A stretch of DNA of 64,000 nt, taken from positions 160,001-224,000 of the forward strand of contig CAVXYC010000030.1 of the NCBI GenBank assembly GCA_963765765.1, in the 5' to 3' direction. Below the pieces are notes generated by a model, which was not told the DNA's origin, searched no databases, and saw only the letters and a list, made by a program, of their open reading frames with translations. Below are positions 41,058 through 50,409 of this stretch, piece after piece; position 1 is the first letter of the stretch; the number at the start of each line of letters is the position of its first letter. A program made the position numbers and the translations under genes. The stretch is from an uncultured Chloroflexia bacterium. Its GTDB lineage: Bacteria > Chloroflexota > UBA6077 > JACCZL01.

Positions 41058-41570
41058 GTGCGGAGTGTACCAACGCCCGTGTGGCTGGGGCTAGTGCTCA
41101 CCGTGGCACTTGCCGTGCGCCTCTGGGGAATCACCTGGCAGCTTCCAGCCGTGCTCTACTATGACGAGCTGAAGTACGTTCAGTGGGCCTCGGACAATGC
41201 AGACGGCCGGCGCGTCGGCCCAACCGATTACCGGAATCCGTCCCTGCTATGGCACATCTCACCTTCGAATTCCGCCTGGCGCAACACCTGCGACCGATCT
41301 CGGACCCTCGCGAGCGAATCGTGTTTCGTATGGGACTGGCTCGGGTGAGTACTGCCGTGTTGGGCGCGGGGACCGTCGTGTTCGCAGCTCTGGCTGCACA
41401 CGCCTTGTTCGGTGGCCCCGTCGGCCTCATCGCCGGGCTTCTCCTAGCGCTCAGTCCATTGCACGTGCATCTGGCCCACATCGCCATCAACGACGTGCCG
41501 GCCTCATTCTTTCTTGCGGCCAGCCTCGCCGCCAGCGTGGTGAGTCTTCGCAAGCCCATGGTGCTGTTTC
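41058..41570 (+). pseudogene. N-terminal fragment of an ArnT/PMT-like glycosyltransferase
   Basis: LALAVRLWGITWQLP-like start (VALAVRLWGITWQLPAVLYYDE), frameshift near 41255, then ARVSTAVLG...GLIAGLLLALSPLHVHLAHIAINDVP; homology ends after about 170 aa. Confidence 0.7.
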
Positions 41571-41571
41571 C

Positions 41572-42115
41572 CATTACCGCACGATGATCTTGGTCTATCT
41601 CGTGCTCGGGCAAGATCGCTATGGCGAGTACGACGCATATTACTTTCCCGAGTCGGACATCCCGATCTCCCGCTGCTCCGAGCCGAAGAACTATCGCGAT
41701 CTTCCGACGCCGTACGGCAAGACGGTTCTGTGCGCGGAGCTTCCGTGTGCCGTGGACGACCCGGTATGGAAGGCCGATGACCTATCGCTCGGTGAGCTGG
41801 TATGCGATCGTTGTCCGCGGCCGGCCAACCGGTGATGACGCCAATCCTTCAGTTCATTCACGCCGATTGCGCAACGCCTACACGATGTAGAGAATCGGCT
41901 ATAAAGCGCATCTAGATACTGTTGCGCGCTACTGTGAATCCATCGATAGATTGCTCACGTTTGGCCGTCAGGGGCTTTTCGCGCACGACAACGCGGATCA
42001 GGCACTGGAGATGGCGTACGAAGCGGTTGACTCTTTCGACATGAGCGGATCGTTCGACGCTGCTCGTTGGTCGAGATCGCTGGAACGGTTCGCCGCGCAA
42101 GTCGTCCAGGACTGA
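41572..42115 (+). pseudogene. C-terminal fragment of an FAD-dependent oxidoreductase (protoporphyrinogen oxidase / UDP-galactopyranose mutase-like)
   Basis: YRTMILVYLVL..DRY.EYDAYYFPE..IPISR.SEPKNY, TVLCAELPC, FGRQGLFAHDN, VVQD*. No N-terminal GxGxxG; a frameshift and an in-frame TAG at 41888-41890. Confidence 0.72.
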
Positions 42116-42121
42116 ATCGCG

Positions 42122-43723
42122 CTAGAGCTGGACACGGAGCACGCGAGTCCCGTCACCGGTGCCCCGTTCATCTACGGTGATCGGCGCGAGTCGGGCGATC
42201 ATTTCCGTCAGGGCCAGCCGCTGTTCAGGTGGCAGATCGAGCTGAGCCAGGACCCAGAGCGTGCGGCCCGTATGGCGCGCGATCACCAGGGTTTCGAGCT
42301 CGCGCAAATTACGAATAACCACGGCGCCCGTGTAAATGTCACGGTACGGCGGCGGACCCGACCAGACATATCGGGAGTAGCCGTTGGGCCGCATCCAGTA
42401 GTCCGTCCGACCCAGATAGTGTGTTGTTTGCGTAGGCGCATAGGAAAGCACGATGTCGTTGGGCGTGTAGGCATCCATAGCCTGTAACCAGGTGGGCGAG
42501 GGGTCAGTGCGTTGCGATGCGCTGGTTACTCGTCCAATGTCCACGCTCGCCACTACCAGCGCCAGACCGAAGACGGCGCCCAGCATGCGCAATCGTTGCA
42601 CCGTGAATCGCCAGCCCAGCAGCGTGCAGGTAACCATGGGCGCAACGTGCCAGGCGGCATAGACCGCGGTGACGGCGAGGAACGGAATGAGAACCTGGAT
42701 GTCGCGCGGATGACCTCGGCGTGTGAGCACGAATCCGTTGAAGATGAGCTGAATCAGAACCGCGAACACTGGTAGCCAGATGAGGAGACGCCAGCGACGC
42801 CGGAACAGCAGCATGCCGAGCCCCATTGCACTTGCTGGCACGAGCCAGGGGTGAGATGCGGCGATGAGGCGAAGTGTCGTCGTGAGGCCCCGTAAGTCGG
42901 CGCCCGCTCGCAGATAGCTCTGGAATTCCGATCCGCCTCCTGCTGCCGTGGGGGCTCGCAAGAGGAAGGTAAGCGCCAGCACGGCGATGGTAGAGATGGA
43001 CGCAATGAGCCAGAAGGACCGAACCACGGCCCATGCGGCTCCCGCTCTGCTGCGGGCCAGGTGACACAGCGCAACGGCCGGAAGAAACAACGCCGCGAGC
43101 TCATGTGAGAACGCCGCTGCCGTGAATGACAGGGCGGCCAGTACGTACGACTCGGGATGGCTGCCCCGGTGTGCTCTCAGGAGCCAGCCGGCGGCCAAAA
43201 CGAGCCAGAAGGTGAGCCACGGGTAGAGCCACGCCTCGCGTGCCAGTGTAATGAGAGGCGGAGAGAACGCGACGATTGCCGCCGCGGCCGCGGCGGGCCA
43301 CTCACGCCCAACGCCGCGTGCCAGCCAGTACGTGGCAGGCACGATGAGTGTTCCGACCACCAGAGACGGAAGCCGAGCCACTTGATCCGATACGCCGAGC
43401 ATTCCGAACGCCGCGGCCTCAACGTACGCGGGCAGCAGCCCGCGTGTATAGATGGCTCCACCCGGGCTTGCCGGAACGTGATTGACCAGTATGCTTTGAG
43501 CCGCAAGCGCCAGTCGGGACTCGTCGCGCGCGAGCGTTCCCGGAGCTTCCGGCAGCCCGACCGCGCGTATAAAGCACCCGGCGACGGTTAGAACGGCTAG
43601 CACCAGTCCTACGGCTGGCGACCCGGTCCACCCGAACGCCCGAGCGATAGTGCTGGACCGCGCGCCGGTGTGAGCACGAATCGACCTGTGTTCGGGTGCC
43701 GGGCGCCCGGCTGGTGCTAGCAT
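42122..43723 (-). CDS. ArnT/PMT-like GT-C membrane glycosyltransferase
   Basis: FIRAVGL...LARDES, YTRG, ARLPSLVVG, AIVAFSPPLITLAREAWLY; multiple TM helices. Confidence 0.82.
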   Translation of the reverse strand: MLAPAGRPAPEHRSIRAHTGARSSTIARAFGWTGSPAVGLVLAVLTVAGCFIRAVGLPEAPGTLARDESRLALAAQSILVNHVPASPGGAIYTRGLLPAYVEAAAFGMLGVSDQVARLPSLVVGTLIVPATYWLARGVGREWPAAAAAAIVAFSPPLITLAREAWLYPWLTFWLVLAAGWLLRAHRGSHPESYVLAALSFTAAAFSHELAALFLPAVALCHLARSRAGAAWAVVRSFWLIASISTIAVLALTFLLRAPTAAGGGSEFQSYLRAGADLRGLTTTLRLIAASHPWLVPASAMGLGMLLFRRRWRLLIWLPVFAVLIQLIFNGFVLTRRGHPRDIQVLIPFLAVTAVYAAWHVAPMVTCTLLGWRFTVQRLRMLGAVFGLALVVASVDIGRVTSASQRTDPSPTWLQAMDAYTPNDIVLSYAPTQTTHYLGRTDYWMRPNGYSRYVWSGPPPYRDIYTGAVVIRNLRELETLVIARHTGRTLWVLAQLDLPPEQRLALTEMIARLAPITVDERGTGDGTRVLRVQL

Positions 43724-43835
43724 GACCGATGCGTTTTGCGTGTCGAAATGTGTGTACGACGCCGGTCAATCACGCGCATGTGGTTGGGGATTCTACCAAC
43801 GGGCGTCCTGGCGAAGATCGGGCAAGGAGTTCGGG

Positions 43836-45605
43836 ATGTCGGCGGTAGAGTGCGCGGAGTCATCCGCAATACCCACCACACCATTTGAGCTCAATCTCGG
43901 TCAGCCAAGCGTATCGAAGCCGGTCACTGCCGTCATTCTCGGTGTTCTACTGGCCATTGCACTCCTGTGTCGAATGGGCGGCCTGGCTGGCGCCGTGACT
44001 GAGGACGAGGACCAGTGGATGGCCCGTGCCGGGAACTTCGCCTCCGGACTACTGAATGGCGATCGCGGCCGCACCTACCAGACCGGTCACCCCGGTGTGA
44101 TCCCGATGTGGCTCATCACCGGCTCGCTTGGCTTGGAGCGCACGGCCGAGCTAAGCAGCCGCGGCCGACCGGATTTCGTCGTCACGGCGCTCCCGCAATT
44201 TCTGCCCGATCTGCGTCAATCACGAGTCCCGTTTCTCGTACTGGGTGGTCTGCTCTGTGCCGCCGCCTCCGCACTCGCATGGAGGCTCCTTGGTGCTGGG
44301 CCGGGCCTGATAGCCGCGGCGCTGCTCGTGACCGACCCATACTGGTCAGCGATGAGCCCCGTGGTAGGGATGGACGGCCTGCTGGCCGGTTTTTTGTCGA
44401 TCTCACTGATCGCATTGCTCCTGGCATTGAGCGAACCACGGCGCGCGCCCATCTGGATCGTCTGCTCCGGCATCGGAATCGGCCTTGCCGGACTTACAAA
44501 GACCAGCGCGGCGTACATGCTGCCCGCGCTGGCTGCAGTGGTGCTAGCGGCGAGCTATGGACGGCTCGGGCGTCTCCCTCTCCCCTTGGGAGAGGGTTGG
44601 GGTGAGGGACTCGAGAAGGCGGTAAGTGAAAGCGCGTCAACCTCACCGCAGCCCTCTCCCTTTAGGAGATGGACCCTGCCTGTTGATGTTGATGGACGAA
44701 GGATGCGTCGCTCTCTCCTTCTCATAGCAGTGTGGCTTCTAGCTGGGGGCGTCATCTATTACGCGCTCTGGCCCGCGATGTGGACGCAGCCGATTGGAAC
44801 CCTCTACCGAGCGATTGACTTTAGCGCTCGCCTTGGAGGCACGCCGCACGCTCCGGGTAACTTTCTGCTCGGGAGCACGGCCGAGGATCCCGGCCCGCTG
44901 TTCTATCCCGTTGCCATGGCATTTCGGCTGGGCCCTTCAACGACTCTGGGACTCCTGGCACTGATCGCATTCGGAGCCTCGCGCCGCTTGACCAAGGTGA
45001 GCTGGCTTCTTCTCATCGCGGCCGGGGTATTCACGCTCTTGCTGACGGTATCACCGAAGAAAGTCGACAGGTATCTCATGCCCGTTGCGCCGCTGCTGAC
45101 GATACTCGCGGCTATCGGCTGGTGGCGGGCGCTCGAGTGGCTCGTCGGGCGGCAATGGACGTTGTGGAGTTCTCGTGTGCGCATGGGCAGCATAATTGCA
45201 GGAATCGCGCTGCTAGGAGGCGCATTCCAGGTGTGGCCATTGATTCAGGCGGGTCGATACCCATTGGCGGCGTACAACCCGCTCTTCGGCGGGGCACGAG
45301 CCGCCGAGCGAGCAATTCCCGTGGGTTGGGGAGAAGGCCTGGACGACACCGCGGCAATTATCCAGAACATGGCCGCTGGTGGTCCGTTGACCACGTCAAT
45401 CTGGTTTCCGCTACGGGTGAATTTCCAGGCGCACATGCCGGGCAGGGTCGTGACTGAGCGGCAGCTCAGCCAGGCGGACTTCTTCGTTGACTACATCCAC
45501 GCACGTCAGCGTCTGCACACCCCCAGCCAGCTCCAGCGCCGCGCCCCCGATGCCGTGGTTTCGATCGGCGGTGTGGACTACGCCCGTATCTATCGATTGC
45601 GCTGA
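43836..45605 (+). CDS. ArnT/PMT-like GT-C membrane glycosyltransferase with in-frame palindromic insertion
   Basis: LLCRMGGL..VTEDEDQW, TGHPGV, LLVTDPY, GLAGLTK, KKVDRYLMP, YNPLFGG, GWGEGL; RBS AGGAG before ATG 43836. Confidence 0.85.
   Translation: MSAVECAESSAIPTTPFELNLGQPSVSKPVTAVILGVLLAIALLCRMGGLAGAVTEDEDQWMARAGNFASGLLNGDRGRTYQTGHPGVIPMWLITGSLGLERTAELSSRGRPDFVVTALPQFLPDLRQSRVPFLVLGGLLCAAASALAWRLLGAGPGLIAAALLVTDPYWSAMSPVVGMDGLLAGFLSISLIALLLALSEPRRAPIWIVCSGIGIGLAGLTKTSAAYMLPALAAVVLAASYGRLGRLPLPLGEGWGEGLEKAVSESASTSPQPSPFRRWTLPVDVDGRRMRRSLLLIAVWLLAGGVIYYALWPAMWTQPIGTLYRAIDFSARLGGTPHAPGNFLLGSTAEDPGPLFYPVAMAFRLGPSTTLGLLALIAFGASRRLTKVSWLLLIAAGVFTLLLTVSPKKVDRYLMPVAPLLTILAAIGWWRALEWLVGRQWTLWSSRVRMGSIIAGIALLGGAFQVWPLIQAGRYPLAAYNPLFGGARAAERAIPVGWGEGLDDTAAIIQNMAAGGPLTTSIWFPLRVNFQAHMPGRVVTERQLSQADFFVDYIHARQRLHTPSQLQRRAPDAVVSIGGVDYARIYRLR
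44574..44672. repeat. REP-like palindromic element embedded in frame in a CDS
   Basis: CCCTCTCCC-CTT-GGGAGAGGG-TTGGGGTGAGG ... CCTCACCGCAGCCCTCTCCC-TTT-AGGAGATGG; arms 44588-44607 and 44641-44660 match 18/20; encodes LPLPLGEGWGEG...TSPQPSP. Confidence 0.8.
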
Positions 45606-45820
45606 TCTCTTGTATCTCCCGCGTGCTGGTAGCGGTTGGCGACTGGCTCTAGGAATGCTCGGGACAGCCTTTGCGATCTGTCGACCTAGCTTGGTGCCCC
45701 CGCACAGACGTAGGTCCTGATGGGAATTGTGGGCTGATGGGCGGCCCAGCCATGCATCGTGTCGGCCAATTCAAAGCGGCCCCCTAACTGCTGCGGTTGG
45801 GGCGGCATCGAGCCTCGAAA

Positions 45821-46780
45821 TCACGTATTCTGGGCCGTACTCCGGGCAAGCGCCTCCACTTCGTCCCGCTCTTCCGAAGTCAAGACCCAGTCGGCCGCGC
45901 TGACGTTTTGCAGGAACTGCTCGGGACTGCGCGCTCCGGCGATGACCGTTGACGTCTCGGGATGCGCGAGGAGCCAGGCGATGGCCAGCTCGGCCAGGGT
46001 GTGTCCCCGCGCCTCGGCCCATGGCCGCAGGCGGTCCACGGCGTCGAGCGTTGTCTCATTGAGCTGTCGCCGCGCGGAAGGCACATCCGATGCGCGCGTT
46101 CCGGGTGGCGGCTCTTGTCCGCGGGCGTACTTCCCAGTCAGCACACCACTGGCCAATGGGAAGAAGGGGATGATCCCGAGGCCGAGCTCGCGCGCCACGG
46201 CGCGCAAGTCAGGATCGGGCACACCGTCTACACGGATGCCATCCACCAGGTTCCACCATTGTTGGAGGGAGACCCAGGGCAGCCAGTCGTGCCGGTCTTG
46301 GAGCCAGAGCGCCCGCACGAGCTCCCACGAGCGAAAGTTGCAGCAGCCAAGATAGCGGACCTTGCCCTGCCGAACGAGGTCCTCGAACGCCCGCAAGCTT
46401 TCCTCTAGCGGTGTGGATGAATCCGGTCGGTGGGCCTGGTACAGGTCGATGTAGTCAGTGCCCAGTCGCCTCAAGGAGCTTTCCGCATGCGCCATGATCT
46501 GGCGTCGGGAGAGGCGACCGTTATTGCGCTCCTGGGTGGTGATGCCACCGACCTTGCTGCCGATGATCACCTCATCGCGCCGCCCACGAACGGCCTTGCC
46601 GATGATCTCCTCGGATGCGCCGTATACGTCGGCGGTGTCGAGGTAGTTCACGCCGGCATCCAGCGCCGCATTGATCACAGCTATCGATGAAGCCTCGTCA
46701 GCGGTGTTTCCGAATGGATTCCCCCCCAGTCCGATGGCGGACACGCGCAGGCCTGAATTTCCGAGCGGTCGGTAATGCAC
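45821..46780 (-). CDS. Aldo/keto reductase
   Basis: MHYRPLGNSGLRVSAIGLG, LDTADVYG, SLRRLGTDYIDLYQAH, PLASGVLTGKY. Confidence 0.93.
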   Translation of the reverse strand: MHYRPLGNSGLRVSAIGLGGNPFGNTADEASSIAVINAALDAGVNYLDTADVYGASEEIIGKAVRGRRDEVIIGSKVGGITTQERNNGRLSRRQIMAHAESSLRRLGTDYIDLYQAHRPDSSTPLEESLRAFEDLVRQGKVRYLGCCNFRSWELVRALWLQDRHDWLPWVSLQQWWNLVDGIRVDGVPDPDLRAVARELGLGIIPFFPLASGVLTGKYARGQEPPPGTRASDVPSARRQLNETTLDAVDRLRPWAEARGHTLAELAIAWLLAHPETSTVIAGARSPEQFLQNVSAADWVLTSEERDEVEALARSTAQNT

Positions 46781-46903
46781 GATGATCTCCTCTATCGGTC
46801 GTTCGCCGTGAACGATAGGGTTGAGTACGCTGGTTTGCCTGGTCCGACAGTTACTTTGCTTTTGTGATCTGTCTGACCATCCGGCATGAACGTGGAGGCC
46901 TGG

Positions 46904-47749
46904 TCACGGTTTTCGCCCGCGAACGATGAAGCCTGTGGTGCTCTGGAAGTAGGTGCCCGCCTCGCTCGCCGCTCGCATCTCGTCGAGCCACAGAGTGACA
47001 TCCTCCGCGGAGATGCGTCCAGATACTTGAGCGCGCGCGGCAGCCATGGCGAAGTTCATGCCTAAACGTGCCTCGGTTGCGATGAAGTCGCGTTGGACGA
47101 TGACGGCTGGCTCGACGGTGATCTCGGCTAGTCCCGCGCAGGCGAAAAGCCGCGGCAGTTGTCGTCCAATCCAGCCATTGGCATACATCTCGCAGCGCGC
47201 CTGGAGAATCGCACGGGTGATTGCGGGATGCGACGAGTCGATCGCCAGTGTGCCGTAGTCGTTCTCGCGCAGCACGATAGTGCCACCGGACCGGGTCACC
47301 CGGACCATTTCCCCGAGTGCCCGCGCCGGATCGGCGAGGTGCACGAATACCAGCGTGGACAGGCAGCCGTCAAAGGTGGCGTCGGGAAACGGCAACTCGT
47401 GGGCATCGCCCTGCCGGAACTCCACGCGCACTCCGAGTGATTCCGAGCGCGTGCGAGCTTGAGCGAGGAACGTCTCGCTCGGGTCAATTCCCAGCACCCG
47501 GCCGGCTGGCGCGACCTGTTGGGCCAACGTCCGCACCGCCTCGCCGATCCCGCATCCGACGTCCAGAAGCACCTGGCCGGGGCGGGTGTCCAGCAGCTCA
47601 ATGGCTCGGTCGACTCCGGCAACACCGCCAGTCCTGGTTCGCACTTCCAAGGCTGACACGAACCGGTCCGAATCCGGGGTTCGATCGACCGCGGACCATT
47701 GGTCCGAGCGTTCGCTGTTTCCGGTATCCGCACGCTTCAAAGAGCTCAT
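46904..47749 (-). CDS. Class I SAM-dependent methyltransferase (UbiE-like)
   Basis: LLDVGCGIG, GDAHELPFPDATFD, EMVRVTRSGG, GWIGRQL. Confidence 0.9.
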   Translation of the reverse strand: MSSLKRADTGNSERSDQWSAVDRTPDSDRFVSALEVRTRTGGVAGVDRAIELLDTRPGQVLLDVGCGIGEAVRTLAQQVAPAGRVLGIDPSETFLAQARTRSESLGVRVEFRQGDAHELPFPDATFDGCLSTLVFVHLADPARALGEMVRVTRSGGTIVLRENDYGTLAIDSSHPAITRAILQARCEMYANGWIGRQLPRLFACAGLAEITVEPAVIVQRDFIATEARLGMNFAMAAARAQVSGRISAEDVTLWLDEMRAASEAGTYFQSTTGFIVRGRKP

Positions 47750-47773
47750 CTGCCGCGTCTCCTCGTTGGTGTC

Positions 47774-48599
47774 TCAGCGTGTCTGTTGGCGTTTGCCAAC
47801 GGCAGGCATCACAGCCCCTGGCTTACAAGGTCTTGGAGATAGTTCCATGTGCCGGGCTGGCTCGGCTTGCCGTGCTTCGCGATCGCATCGTCGAAGTGCG
47901 GCCCGTCGAATAGCTTCCCCTGGAGCACTTCCTCTACCAAAGGCTCCGGAATCCGGGGTGATTGGGGCCCGTGGCGCAATAGGCAAGATAGTTCATCTCC
48001 GCCTGGTGCTCAAGGTGGATCATCCGAGTCACGGACTCCTCCAGTGTCCGGCCTACGGTGACGGCACCGTGCCCCAACATAAGGACCGCTTCCCCATCAC
48101 CGAGAAAGCGCGCGAGCTCTTCGCCTTCCTGCTGGCTCATGACAACTTTTGTATGCGGATAGACCGGCAAGGGGGCTTGCACCACTTTGATCCCCTCCTG
48201 CGCCATTGGCCGAAGCCTGGGTTGGAGAATGCTCATGATCACGGTGAACTTCGGGTGCACATGGACGATGGACTGCACCTCAGGGCGCGCTTTGTAGACG
48301 CACGCGTGGATCTGAACCTCACCGCACTGGATGATGCCCGGGGGACCATCCACCAGGTATCCCTCGAGATCGCAGGTGATCAAATCTTCGGGCCGCAGGC
48401 GCGAAAGCACGTCGATACGATATCCCCGACCCTTCACCAGAAACTTCGTCGGGTCGGACGGCAGGCGAGAACTGGCGTGTCCGAGAAACGCTCGAACTCC
48501 GGCGGCCAGGCCCGTCTCGGCAAGGATGCGGTTCGCAATGGCCACATCGACCTTTGTTTCATCTATGCCGGCCGTTCGCGCAGAGGGGATCGTGTTCAT
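47774..48599 (-). CDS. Class II aldolase/adducin family protein (frameshift near 47945)
   Basis: GHASSR, GEVQIHACVYKARPEVQSIVHVHP, LMLGHGAV metal ligands. C-terminal end approximate. Confidence 0.85.
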
Positions 48600-48723
48600 G
48601 GAACGTGCTCCTGGTGAGTTAATTGATGGATGCCAGCCCAGCCGCGAAGTTCGAATCTGCGCTTCGCCGAGCTCCCTCAAACACCAACCGCCGATCGGAC
48701 TGATTATGGAACCACTTGGAAGC

Positions 48724-49803
48724 TTAGCGGGGTGCGGCTGGGCAAACTGGCTGGGCCTCCACAATGGTCAGGTATGTGCTCGTTGGGATGACCTGCACGG
48801 CCCCGAATCCAGCGGAAGCTACGAGCGCCCGGAGCTCCCGCTCGGTCCGCAGGCGACCACCACGATGCACGAGCAACATCTGTACATCCAGCCGCTTGCT
48901 GAAATGTGGCACGTTGGGCTCCGCTGGAATGACGGGATCGATGAGAAGCACCCGCCCACCAGGCGCTATCGCTCTCTTGGCATTGTTCAAGATCGTTCGA
49001 CAATCGTCGTCCGACCAGTCGTTGAAGATGCTGAGAAAGGTGTAGAGATCACACCCTGTGGGGAGCGCCTCAAAAAAGTCACCGCCGACAAGCTCGCAGT
49101 AGGCGGCGTAGTCAGATCCGTTTACACCGGGTCGCGTCACGTGCTCAATTACTTCCGGCCGGTCGAAGATCACAGCGCGGAGCGAGGGGTTGTGCTCTAA
49201 ATGCCTTCCAAGAATCGCCATCGTCAGCATGCCATGCGAACCGCCTACATCCGCAACACGACGATACGATCCGAAGGGGTACGCGTCAGCAACAGCTCCG
49301 CAGACGCTTCGGGCACGTCCGGCCATGAACGCGTGGTAGGCGCGGAGCTTCTCGGGATCGGCGCCGACCGAGTCAAAGCGCGGTCTCCCAAAGACCTTAT
49401 CGTATGCAGGTAGACCGGTTTCGACGCTGTAGTCGATCTGGGTGGCGGCGAGCATCACGTCTTCAATGTAGTTCTGCGCAAGCTGGCGCATTGAGCCCTC
49501 GCCATCTTCCAGAAGCGCGGCGTAAGGTGTTGTCCCGAAGACTCGTTCGCTGACCTCTTCGAGAACCCCAAGGCTCGCCGCCAACCGTAAGACACGATAC
49601 AGAGCATCGGGGTTGGCGCCGGTAGCCTGAGCAAGATCATCCACGTGTCTAGGCCCCGTTTTCACAAGGTCCGCGATGCCGCGCTTGGCTACGACGGAGA
49701 TTGTCGCGACTTCTACGGGCGAGGCGAGAATACGCTGCAGCGCGATGCGCAGAGACTCGCGCTCTCCTTCGTTCGGCGCCGAGGCGGGAGTCGGTGTTTG
49801 CAT
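48724..49803 (-). CDS. O-methyltransferase (Methyltransf_2, N-terminal dimerisation wHTH)
   Basis: LAQATGANPDALYRVLR, VADVGGSHG, FDRPEV, GDFF, NDWSDD, GRLRT. Confidence 0.92.
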   Translation of the reverse strand: MQTPTPASAPNEGERESLRIALQRILASPVEVATISVVAKRGIADLVKTGPRHVDDLAQATGANPDALYRVLRLAASLGVLEEVSERVFGTTPYAALLEDGEGSMRQLAQNYIEDVMLAATQIDYSVETGLPAYDKVFGRPRFDSVGADPEKLRAYHAFMAGRARSVCGAVADAYPFGSYRRVADVGGSHGMLTMAILGRHLEHNPSLRAVIFDRPEVIEHVTRPGVNGSDYAAYCELVGGDFFEALPTGCDLYTFLSIFNDWSDDDCRTILNNAKRAIAPGGRVLLIDPVIPAEPNVPHFSKRLDVQMLLVHRGGRLRTERELRALVASAGFGAVQVIPTSTYLTIVEAQPVCPAAPR

Positions 49804-50409
49804 GGTCACGACACCTTATTGGTATGAAGAATCGGTACGCGAAAACCGGGGCCGCTCGGTCTGAGCACCACACGCCCCTGGAGAAGGTTGATCACTGCGT
49901 ACGAACAACTGAGCCAGCTCACGAGACCGAATTGATAGGCCGCCCGTTCCACCGAGCTTGCACCCCTGACTGCCAATTTTTCCATGTGCCGCTATTCGAT
50001 GATTTTGATGCGCGTGTCATAGTTCTCGCTGACGAGGGCCGGAGCCTTCAGGATGCCGGTGCGTCCATCGCGAGCCCCGACCTTCATGGAGTAGTCTAGT
50101 CTCCCAAGAGTGCCGTGGAGGGCACGGTCCGGGTGGCCATCCAGGTCCACGGCCGTCGGGGGCTTGTCCAGCGTCGGCCTGGCTACTGGGCTAACTGATG
50201 GATGGCATGGACTCATTCCCATTCACCTAGCTGCACCACCTCAGCAGTCTAGCTACGATCCAAATGCCCGCCGCGGCCGGGGGGATGAACGGAATTGCCA
50301 GGTGCTTCCGAGAGTGAGACACCACTCGACAGCACCGGCGGGCAGCACCATAATGAGCACGGGAGGACCGAATGACCGGCCACCCAACCGTGCCAAGCGG
50401 AGGCTCATT

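Noticed and set aside
39730-41073. 447-aa same-strand alternate-frame ORF, and other long shadow ORFs (e.g. 47586..48617, 2722..3465)
   Set aside because: They overlap well-supported genes, lack motifs, and are expected in high-GC DNA.
49992-50222. Short ORF ending ...APALVSENYDTRIKIIE, possible gene remnant
   Set aside because: Protein-like tail but no family recognised and no clear start or RBS.
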